In this document: in pieces, positions 48,500 to 56,317 of the stretch
Numbering within the stretch: position 1 is the stretch's first letter
Layout: every line of letters starts with the position of its first letter
DNA from: a virus
Strand: one strand, 5' to 3'
IMG/VR virus record: IMGVR_UViG_3300042542_005394
Span: 49,003-113,002 of that record
Length of the DNA: 64,000 bases
The notes under the pieces: generated by a model
The model's database searches: none
What the model was told of the DNA's origin: nothing
Seen by the model: only the letters and a program-made list of their open reading frames with translations
Translations under genes and position numbers: made by a program

Positions 48500-49426
48500 T
48501 TATATAATAGGTTTGATGATTCCGTTTCCTTCGTAATTCCTCTTCCCTTTGTATTTTTCCTGTTTTAGTTTCAGACTATTGCGCGCAAACGCCGCTACAT
48601 AATCTTCGCGTGTCCTTAGCATATTGTCAATCGCAGAGTTTGGATTTTTTCTAAAGTATGACAATAGTAAAGCAGCACAACCGACCGCAAATGGAGTAGC
48701 CATGCTAGTGCCGCTCATTGAGGCATAACTATTACCGGGAACCGAGCTTACAATATTAGCCCCAGGAGCCAAAAAGTCTAATTCTGGACCACTGCAACTA
48801 AATTCACAAATTTCTAACTGTTCATTAATAGCTCCTATGCTAACTGTATCTTTATACTTGGCAGGATACTGTATACCTGACTCTATGCCACTATTACCAG
48901 CAGCACAAAATACTACAACACCTTTACTTCTTGCGTAAGATATTGCCTGTTCCATAGGGGAATGGGGATATTCAGACCCCAGAGACATGGTGATGATGTC
49001 TGCTCCGTTGTCTACAGCCCACAGTATCGCGTCTGTGACACTTTTATTATCTCCTCGACCCGAACCGTCAAGAGCTTTAATTGGCATAATCTTGGCTCTC
49101 GGAGCGATTCCTACCATACCTATCTCGTTATTTGAAGCTGATATTGTTCCAGCTACATGAGTTCCGTGAGAATTATCATCTATTGGATCTTTGTTTTTAT
49201 CTACAAAATTAAATCCTTGAATTAAATTATCTTTTATATCATCATGATTGAGATCACAACCAGTATCTATAACTGCTATCTTAACTCCTTCACCCTGAGA
49301 ACTTCTCCAACTTTTTTCCACATTAAATGTTTTAATGGGCCATGGATAAAATTGAATAGAGTTTCTGTCTAAACCAAATAGATCTGTTCTAACGTGAGGT
49401 AGTAGTTCGCACTGTTTTCTTCTCAT
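48500..49426 (-). CDS. Subtilisin-family (S8) serine protease
   Basis: AVIDTG, HGTHVAG, AAGN, SGTSMATP. Confidence 0.95.
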   Translation of the reverse strand: MRRKQCELLPHVRTDLFGLDRNSIQFYPWPIKTFNVEKSWRSSQGEGVKIAVIDTGCDLNHDDIKDNLIQGFNFVDKNKDPIDDNSHGTHVAGTISASNNEIGMVGIAPRAKIMPIKALDGSGRGDNKSVTDAILWAVDNGADIITMSLGSEYPHSPMEQAISYARSKGVVVFCAAGNSGIESGIQYPAKYKDTVSIGAINEQLEICEFSCSGPELDFLAPGANIVSSVPGNSYASMSGTSMATPFAVGCAALLLSYFRKNPNSAIDNMLRTREDYVAAFARNSLKLKQEKYKGKRNYEGNGIIKPII

Positions 49427-50163
49427 GGTTTTATAGTTTCTTTTATCCAATCGTGATGTAGACTTACTCTTGTATGGCAACTTTCATCTCCGTAAGTAGA
49501 ATCAGACTTACCATCATATCCTATTACAGAAGAATTTATACCTGCTAATTTATTTTTTATAAATAATCCACCACCACTATCTCCGCTGCAAATAAGATAT
49601 TCTAATTCTGTTATTTTTTCATATTTTTTGGATGGAGAACATATCAAAACTCCTCTTTCTGCTTTGTCTATAAAATTAGATCCTGCTCTTTTGTGACCAT
49701 CATGTTTTTTTATACCTGTATTAAAATTACCAGTAAATCCTAATCCAGCAATAGAACAGATCATACCTATTTCATCATTATCTTTATATAATTCTGGGTA
49801 ATATTCTAGATCAATAGGTTTCTCTAGGTGACCCAACGCTATATCATTGTATCCAAAAATATCTGATTTATAGTTTTGATGAATAATCATTTTATCAATA
49901 TTATATTTTTTTTCACCTATTGTGACTGTCCAACTATGACAACCCTCAACCACATGTGCTGCGGTTATTATCCAATTAGGATCAACTACTACAGCAGATC
50001 CACAGGACAACCCCTGACCATCAAAACAACATAATTTAACTACGCTATGAAATTTGGATCCATACTCAATATATTTTTCATCTGGAGTATTAGGGTCTAT
50101 AGTGCCTGCATAGCATACAGCATTTAAGCATACTAATATAATAAATAAAAATAATCTTGTCAT
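49423..50163 (-). CDS. Secreted trypsin-like (S1) serine protease
   Basis: Signal peptide, ITAAHV, DIAL, GDSGG. Confidence 0.93.
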   Translation of the reverse strand: MTRLFLFIILVCLNAVCYAGTIDPNTPDEKYIEYGSKFHSVVKLCCFDGQGLSCGSAVVVDPNWIITAAHVVEGCHSWTVTIGEKKYNIDKMIIHQNYKSDIFGYNDIALGHLEKPIDLEYYPELYKDNDEIGMICSIAGLGFTGNFNTGIKKHDGHKRAGSNFIDKAERGVLICSPSKKYEKITELEYLICSGDSGGGLFIKNKLAGINSSVIGYDGKSDSTYGDESCHTRVSLHHDWIKETIKP

Positions 50164-50185
50164 CCTACACCTCTTCATGAGATGA

Positions 50186-50494
50186 CTATGGTCTATTTCT
50201 AATCTTATTATTATACACCGAGCAATCCTGGACCACTTCTCTATTCCAGCTTTTAAAGTTCATTAAATGGCCGAATAAAATATGGCAAGGGTCTGAGCAT
50301 AAAGTTAATAAATTTGACGGATCAAGTTCTAGATCTGGAAACAAATGAACAGGTTTGATGTGATGAACTTCTTGTTTTTTATCTGACCCACAAGCAGCAC
50401 AATTGGGATTATTATTTATATGATTTTTTCTTACTTGGGTCCATTTCGGAGATCTTTTAGCAAACCGTATTTGTTTTAAAAAATTAAACATCAC
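50186..50494 (-). CDS. Small HNH endonuclease
   Basis: CAACG..EVHHIKP..NLLTLC..CH..H. Confidence 0.85.
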   Translation of the reverse strand: MMFNFLKQIRFAKRSPKWTQVRKNHINNNPNCAACGSDKKQEVHHIKPVHLFPDLELDPSNLLTLCSDPCHILFGHLMNFKSWNREVVQDCSVYNNKIRNRP

Positions 50495-51489
50495 AGAACT
50501 TTAGATGCTATCAAACACCCTTTTGCTACAGAATGTAGCGGGTCTGATGCGTGGACTACTTCTTTTATTGGTAGAGGAAAATTATTCTCCAAAAGTTTCT
50601 TGTGAAAAGTCTCTACATAACCTTTAGCTAAGGAGGTGCCACCAGCAATAACAATTTTAATAGGTTCTTTAAATTTTGGTAAAGACTTATGATCAGTCAG
50701 AGCAGACGATAAATGCTTTGTTGTATAATCAATTAGTCTCTCGTAATAAGAAGAAACAGCGGCTAATATAGCATTACCGTTTGGTTGCCCTATAACAAAA
50801 TCCCCGCTCTCTTTTTCTGCTTGAACAACAGTATCTTTTTCTCCAGTAGCAACTGCACTCATTCTGTCGATCCAATCCCCACTATGAGTTGTGCTAAATT
50901 TAACTGTTGGTTCACCATTTAACATTACACATATATTTTGCATACCAGAACCTGCTGATACAGAAATACCTGTGTAGTCATCATTCTCAAGTTCTGCATA
51001 GCAAATCGCCTCTGCTTCATTGATTGCTCTAGCATCATATCCACATTCTAACAGAATACTCTTTAATACGTCTTCATGATAACCAACATCAAAATCTTCA
51101 TCTTGTTGGTCTACTGGTTGTGCAGGAACGCAGAAAACCAATTTTTCGCCGGGTTCTTTTGCTTGTCCGACTACTTCCTTTAGAATAAAAGCCAATACTC
51201 TTTTTGCATCTTTTTCTTTGGCCGAAACAACTCCTTTATGCATTGGTCTTTTTGCATTATCATTTCTTTCAATGGCTTTTTCAATAGCGTCTTTACCAAG
51301 TATAATAAAAGACCCGTCTGTATCTCTGATAAAAGTCTTACCAGCTAAACCCTTTTCAATCATTTTAGTAGCTACTGGAGTGGTGGGTTTGATAACATAA
51401 AAAGCATCTCTAAAATCTTTATACTTAACACCCTTGGAGCCGTCTGTTGCTAAAACTATAAAGCTTGTGCCTATATCTAAACCGGCCAT
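50491..51489 (-). CDS. Actin-like ATPase (MreB/MamK/ParM superfamily)
   Basis: Phosphate-1 GLDIGTS, INEAEA, SAGSG, GDWID, AEKE, IAGGTS, DPLHSVAKG. Confidence 0.85.
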   Translation of the reverse strand: MAGLDIGTSFIVLATDGSKGVKYKDFRDAFYVIKPTTPVATKMIEKGLAGKTFIRDTDGSFIILGKDAIEKAIERNDNAKRPMHKGVVSAKEKDAKRVLAFILKEVVGQAKEPGEKLVFCVPAQPVDQQDEDFDVGYHEDVLKSILLECGYDARAINEAEAICYAELENDDYTGISVSAGSGMQNICVMLNGEPTVKFSTTHSGDWIDRMSAVATGEKDTVVQAEKESGDFVIGQPNGNAILAAVSSYYERLIDYTTKHLSSALTDHKSLPKFKEPIKIVIAGGTSLAKGYVETFHKKLLENNFPLPIKEVVHASDPLHSVAKGCLIASKVL

Positions 51490-51493
51490 AAAA

Positions 51494-51823
51494 TTACCTC
51501 TTTAAGTTTTTAAGTTTATTTATTGATCCTGATATATTCTCTTGAGACTCTTTAACGTCGCCCAAAGACTCGTATTTCTTTTCTAATCCTTCAGTTTTTA
51601 TATCAACAACATATTTTCTTTCATCCATTACGATAGGTTTTGGGGCTTCGTTCTGTTGTTTAAAAAAACTAACTGGTCTTTGTTCTTGAATATTATATAC
51701 ACCGACAGCTCCTTTCCTACCAAATAAATAGCCGATTAAAAACAAACACACCCCTATTGCTAGGAGTGTGATTGAGAAAAAAATTATTGTTGGAATATTT
51801 ATTGTTAGTGATATTTCATTCAT
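51494..51823 (-). CDS. Single-pass membrane protein upstream of the actin-like gene
   Basis: Long N-terminal hydrophobic helix, charged soluble tail. Confidence 0.72.
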   Translation of the reverse strand: MNEISLTINIPTIIFFSITLLAIGVCLFLIGYLFGRKGAVGVYNIQEQRPVSFFKQQNEAPKPIVMDERKYVVDIKTEGLEKKYESLGDVKESQENISGSINKLKNLKR

Positions 51824-52739
51824 TTTTATATGAGCCTATCACCCTGCCTTTCTGAGTTCTAACAACATATCCTTTCCTGACTAAGTATGGCTCGATACTA
51901 TTTTCTATAGTTTCAATAGCAATACCAGTTAAAGAAGATATACTTTTTAGTCCTAGAGCAGAGCCTTTGTGTTTAATAAGAACAGTTAAGTACATCTTAT
52001 CATACACATCCAAGCCATTCTTATCAATTCCCTGATTATTAAATATATCGTCAATAGTCATATGCTTATCTGTATAATAGGCAACACAGTTTTTATACCA
52101 TTGCAATCTACCATTAAGAATACGAGGTGTTCCTTTGCTTCTTTTAGCGATTTCAAATAAGTCAGTATCATTAATCATTAGTCCGAGCTTTTCGGCGTTT
52201 AACCTTGCCAGTTTAGCTAAATCATCATCACTATAGAAGCACAAATGCTCTTTAATTTGAAATCTATCATAAAAAGGTTGACTCAAACTACCACCACTAG
52301 TTGTAGCTCCAACAATAGTAAACATTGGAAGTTCAATAGTTTCAGGCTTTTCCTTATCTTCATTATCTTTGTCCTTAACAGTAATATTAAGAACAAAATC
52401 TTCCATTACAGGATAGAGAAATTCTTCTACAATTTTAGGAAGCCTGTGAATCTCATCAATAAATAAAACTGATCTTGGCTCTATACCCACAATGTATGGT
52501 AAAATATTTTTAATACTACGAATAACGGCCCCATTGATAGTATATAGATTCACCCCCATCTCCGTAGCTATAGCACTGGCAATAGTTGTCTTACCAAGGC
52601 CGGGAGGACCGTCTATTAAAACGTGAGGCATCACACCGCCAGAATTTTTACAACCCGAAACTATGATGCTTAGACGATTAGTAACTTGTGACTGACCGAT
52701 GATTTCACTAAAACATGTGGGCCTAATTGTATTAGCCAT
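51816..52739 (-). CDS. ruvB: Holliday junction branch migration helicase RuvB
   Basis: RP..F.EIIGQ, GPPGLGKTT, FIDEIHRL, VGATT, GTPR, EPYL, RTQKGR. Confidence 0.95.
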   Translation of the reverse strand: MANTIRPTCFSEIIGQSQVTNRLSIIVSGCKNSGGVMPHVLIDGPPGLGKTTIASAIATEMGVNLYTINGAVIRSIKNILPYIVGIEPRSVLFIDEIHRLPKIVEEFLYPVMEDFVLNITVKDKDNEDKEKPETIELPMFTIVGATTSGGSLSQPFYDRFQIKEHLCFYSDDDLAKLARLNAEKLGLMINDTDLFEIAKRSKGTPRILNGRLQWYKNCVAYYTDKHMTIDDIFNNQGIDKNGLDVYDKMYLTVLIKHKGSALGLKSISSLTGIAIETIENSIEPYLVRKGYVVRTQKGRVIGSYKNE

Positions 52740-52791
52740 ATTATCTCCAAAGTAAATGTTATTTAAACCAATTTATTACTACCAACTAATT

Positions 52792-53208
52792 TCAATTCTC
52801 TTCAGGTTTCTCTTCTTTTACCCAAAAAATAAAATCATTTTGCTCATCATCATAAGCACTATCAAGCAGACCTTTATTAACCAAAGAGTTTAGTATGTTG
52901 CTAATCATTCTATTATTCAGATCTTCTATGATGGACTGAAGAAGCTTGTCAGTCAGACAATATCTGACTTCTTTTGTTTTCTTGTTTATTTGTTTTCTTG
53001 CGTGATTTTTTATTATAATAGCAGATTCATCGTGTGTTAATGTTTCATTCATCTCTTCTGTATCTTGTTTGCTCATCTCAATGAGAGATGCTGTCATTGA
53101 GTCATCTGCTACCTTATTTACTTCACCAAAAAACTTAAAAACTAAAGACCTTGAATGGTCAACAAAATCATCAAAATCATTAATAAAAAACCATTGATCG
53201 TTATTCAT
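52792..53208 (-). CDS. Hypothetical protein
   Basis: ORF on coding strand. Confidence 0.7.
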   Translation of the reverse strand: MNNDQWFFINDFDDFVDHSRSLVFKFFGEVNKVADDSMTASLIEMSKQDTEEMNETLTHDESAIIIKNHARKQINKKTKEVRYCLTDKLLQSIIEDLNNRMISNILNSLVNKGLLDSAYDDEQNDFIFWVKEEKPEEN

Positions 53209-53370
53209 GATATTAAGGTAATCCTATCCTCGTATTTTTGCATCTCAGCCCATGTTAGTTTAGCAGAGAAGCGGTGGTTTGCAAATGGTTGGTACTCTGT
53301 CAATTTTTTATTTTTTCTACTACAGTTTTCGCTATAGTCCTACCCTCATTCAAAACTTTTACTATCAACT

Positions 53371-53619
53371 TTATTTTTTTATTTTTGACTGACATTTGTT
53401 GTGTTTGTCTACAAAAGTTCTTTCAAAGCCTAGTTCAGCTAAAATTGGCATTTTATAAAACGTAATAGTAAATCTTACATTATTGTCATCATCTGTCATT
53501 TTTGTCCACTCTACTCTTTGCGACCTACTCATATGAGTGGCAAGATCATAGGCTACAAAGGGGGTTTCCGTTAATGAGCCAAGAGCCATTGCTAAATATA
53601 AAAGTGCTGCTGGTAACAT
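53371..53619 (-). CDS. Hypothetical protein
   Basis: AAGGAG RBS. Confidence 0.65.
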   Translation of the reverse strand: MLPAALLYLAMALGSLTETPFVAYDLATHMSRSQRVEWTKMTDDDNNVRFTITFYKMPILAELGFERTFVDKHNKCQSKIKK

Positions 53620-53628
53620 CCTTGCTCC

Positions 53629-54036
53629 TTAGTTCAAAATATCAAACAGTCCTTTATAGTAATTGGGCTGTTGTAAAAAATGAACCGCGTTTGATCTTAG
53701 ATGATTCTTATAGTAGCTTTGTAATTTATCATGAACAAAGTATTGCGTCTTATAGATTGGTTCTTTGTAATGATTGTTCCCCAAATACAGGGAGTTTTTA
53801 AAGTTCCCTGATTTGGAGAAGTAATCATTCACAGGTAACGAACCTTTCTGAAAGCTCGGGCCAATATACCATACGTTTGAAGGATATTCAACTATTTCAT
53901 TTAGAGTATCATATAGCATTTTGCCCCAAGCATCCCAAGCATCGGGATCAAACTTGAAGTATTTTTTATACTGACTCTCTAAATTGTCCTGACTATCATC
54001 GTCATCGTAGTTGTCATCTTCATAATCTTCATGCAT
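53629..54036 (-). CDS. Hypothetical protein with acidic N-terminus
   Basis: Operonic ORF; start refined to MHEDY. Confidence 0.65.
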   Translation of the reverse strand: MHEDYEDDNYDDDDSQDNLESQYKKYFKFDPDAWDAWGKMLYDTLNEIVEYPSNVWYIGPSFQKGSLPVNDYFSKSGNFKNSLYLGNNHYKEPIYKTQYFVHDKLQSYYKNHLRSNAVHFLQQPNYYKGLFDILN

Positions 54037-54041
54037 AATAA

Positions 54042-55181
54042 TCACCCGATGCAAAATTTGTCGCTGATCTTAGACGCTAGTTCTTTAGCAGCATTAGAGA
54101 GGAACCTGTTGTTGCTAAAATAGAGTGGTGTTGAGACTTGATTAAGGAACTCCACGACCGTCTTTAAAAGTTTGGTCTGAGAACCGTCAAGATCTAAATC
54201 ATCACCCCCAGCGTCAACAGGGAGCGGCTCAATAGCATCTGTATCGTCCTCAGTAACAGGAGATACTGGAGTAGGATCACCATAAGCCTTGTTGAACATA
54301 CCATGACCAGAATAGATATACTTTGTCTTGATATCTTCTGTGCTGTTGGTATATGTGTTAAGGTTTAAAGACTTCATCTGATTTGCAATAGTTGCAGCAA
54401 CATTAACTGACACCGGAACTCCAGCGATGTCAGACTTTTTATAAGCCTTGGCATATTCTTTAAACCATTCGTCGCTAGTCTTATTAGCAACAACATTAAC
54501 AACAGCAGAAACTCCATCAAGAGCCTCTTTAAGTTGTTCAATATTTATCGGATTACCAGTTGATCCAGACAAAATACTGGTAAAATAAGGTTGCTTTCCT
54601 TCCCAACCCTTTCTCCACCAAGTATAAGGGATTCTATAAATCTGATTGATTTTTATAGCTCGGGCATCACCACCAAAGTGATTTACAAGCTTCTTTTGAA
54701 TACCATTCCAATAAGTCTTGTGAGGATTAATATTGTTTTGGTTTAGAATCCAATAGCACTGATAACCATTACGAGTATCAACAACCCAGCTTGGCTTTAC
54801 TGGAAAGTTATTAATCTGGTTCAAGAATTCCTTTTTCTTCTGCATGACGATACTAGGCTTAAAATAACGACCCTGATCATCTCGCCCAGCATCCATATCA
54901 ACAAAACAAGCACGAATTCTACTAATAGCGTACTGCTTACGTCCACCATTAACATAGAAGTAAGCATCAGCACCTTGACTATCATTGGCAATAGCAACGG
55001 TGGTAAGATGATCCGTATGACTCATACTACTGATCTTCTTACGAGGATCACCGTTGTAACAGAAAATCTGCTGACCACCAAAAGAATCAAAAAACTTATT
55101 TCTTAAAGCAATCTGATCTCTTGTTCCAATAGCACTATGGGTCTTATCGAACGGATTAAAAGCCAAAGTATCGCTAAACAT
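54042..55181 (-). CDS. RepB'-like (archaeo-eukaryotic primase superfamily) protein
   Basis: YFYVN, FVDMD, PSWVVDTRNGYQCYW, GGD, RIP. Confidence 0.75.
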   Translation of the reverse strand: MFSDTLAFNPFDKTHSAIGTRDQIALRNKFFDSFGGQQIFCYNGDPRKKISSMSHTDHLTTVAIANDSQGADAYFYVNGGRKQYAISRIRACFVDMDAGRDDQGRYFKPSIVMQKKKEFLNQINNFPVKPSWVVDTRNGYQCYWILNQNNINPHKTYWNGIQKKLVNHFGGDARAIKINQIYRIPYTWWRKGWEGKQPYFTSILSGSTGNPINIEQLKEALDGVSAVVNVVANKTSDEWFKEYAKAYKKSDIAGVPVSVNVAATIANQMKSLNLNTYTNSTEDIKTKYIYSGHGMFNKAYGDPTPVSPVTEDDTDAIEPLPVDAGGDDLDLDGSQTKLLKTVVEFLNQVSTPLYFSNNRFLSNAAKELASKISDKFCIG

Positions 55182-55260
55182 TTGTTTTCCTTTTTCCAAC
55201 TTCCTACCTACATTTTTGATATTGGGACAGTAAACACTACTATCAAAAGCAATATCCTAA

Positions 55261-55342
55261 AAGATGGTAACGGAATCGAACCGTTATTGCACGATAGCAG
55301 AAACTATATAGGTGCTACCTTACAAGTTACCAAACACCACCT
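55261..55342 (-). ncRNA. tRNA-like RNA (acceptor stem and T-arm; non-canonical D and anticodon arms)
   Basis: AGGTGGT/ACCATCT 7-bp stem; AACGG-TTCGATT-CCGTT T-arm; GGTAGCA/TGCTATC stem with 13-nt loop. Confidence 0.55.
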
Positions 55343-55355
55343 TGACTATCAAGAA

Positions 55356-56225
55356 TCAATACTGATCATCCTCATCGTCATAATCTTCATCCTCATCCTC
55401 GTCATCATCTTCCTCATCAAACTGATCCCAATAACTCTCGTCATAATCATTCAGATAATCGTCCTCATCATCCTCGTAATCGTCCTGACTAAAATCAGCC
55501 TTATAAAGAGGCTTGAGCAATTCGCCCTCATACTCACCAACCACTTCGTAGCGACAAGTGCGGAGCTTTTCATAGTTGCAATCACTAGGAACACTCACAA
55601 CATCCTTGGGATTAATCTTGACGATCACAATGCGGTCGCCAGCCTCAAGACTACCATAGCCAGCAACATAATTCAATGCTCCAGCATGAAGTCCATTAGA
55701 ACAACCACGACCACGATCATCGTCTACCTTTGCTCGTTGCATTTCACAGACCTTACCAACTCTGTTGTCAAAAACTCCCCTATACTTATCCTTAAAGTCT
55801 GAACGAACAGCCTTATAGGCGAGGAAATAACCATCCTCAGTAATAGGCAGATGCTCATGCTCCAAGAAATCATACAGTTCCTTCTGACTCTGCATACTTG
55901 GATTTTCCATGAGATTATTCAGGAAATTAACAAGGGGCTGGAAGGGCAGTCCTTTGCTCATAAACTCCAGAATTCTCTTACTAATACTACCATGAACTTC
56001 CTCACCCTCGTAGAGAACTTGCCCATTCTTGATCTCCACAAGACCGTCGCTAAAAGAAGCAACAGCCTTTTGAACATCAACAACTTCCAACAGTTCCTCT
56101 GCCGTAGCAGTAGGAAGTCTTTCCAGAATCAACTTATAGTTGATATGATCCGGCAACACCTGATAACTCTGATTATTAAGAACCAGCGTCAAATTACCAT
56201 CCACAAACATAAACGGAACAGCCAT
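55356..56225 (-). CDS. rIIB: rIIB-like protein
   Basis: FLAYKAV, CSNGLH, VKINPKDVVSVP, KLRTCRYEV; follows rIIA. Confidence 0.88.
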   Translation of the reverse strand: MAVPFMFVDGNLTLVLNNQSYQVLPDHINYKLILERLPTATAEELLEVVDVQKAVASFSDGLVEIKNGQVLYEGEEVHGSISKRILEFMSKGLPFQPLVNFLNNLMENPSMQSQKELYDFLEHEHLPITEDGYFLAYKAVRSDFKDKYRGVFDNRVGKVCEMQRAKVDDDRGRGCSNGLHAGALNYVAGYGSLEAGDRIVIVKINPKDVVSVPSDCNYEKLRTCRYEVVGEYEGELLKPLYKADFSQDDYEDDEDDYLNDYDESYWDQFDEEDDDEDEDEDYDDEDDQY

Positions 56226-56268
56226 AATCCAATCTCCTAGTTTTAGTTACGATACCTGTGATACTGTC

Positions 56269-56296
56269 ATTCTACACTAATCGGCAAGCTTGTCAA
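56269..56296 (-). promoter_or_regulatory. Sigma70-like promoter TTGACA-16-TAGAAT upstream of rIIB
   Basis: Near-consensus hexamers; AGGAGA RBS downstream. Confidence 0.65.
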
Positions 56297-56317
56297 GGGG
56301 TCTTGAGAAATTTCTGA

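Noticed and set aside
53205-53365. Possible riboswitch or small ORF in the gap (TTGACA, GCAAACC)
   Set aside because: No matching -10, no convincing aptamer fold, and only a short TTG-started frame without an RBS
55360-55490. (TCA/TCG/TCC)n trinucleotide-like repeat
   Set aside because: Simply encodes the acidic C-terminal tail of rIIB
55137-55802. 221-aa plus-strand hydrophobic ORF
   Set aside because: Antisense reading of the Asp/Glu-rich rIIB tail produces the Ile/Leu/Val runs; it also overlaps the tRNA-like element
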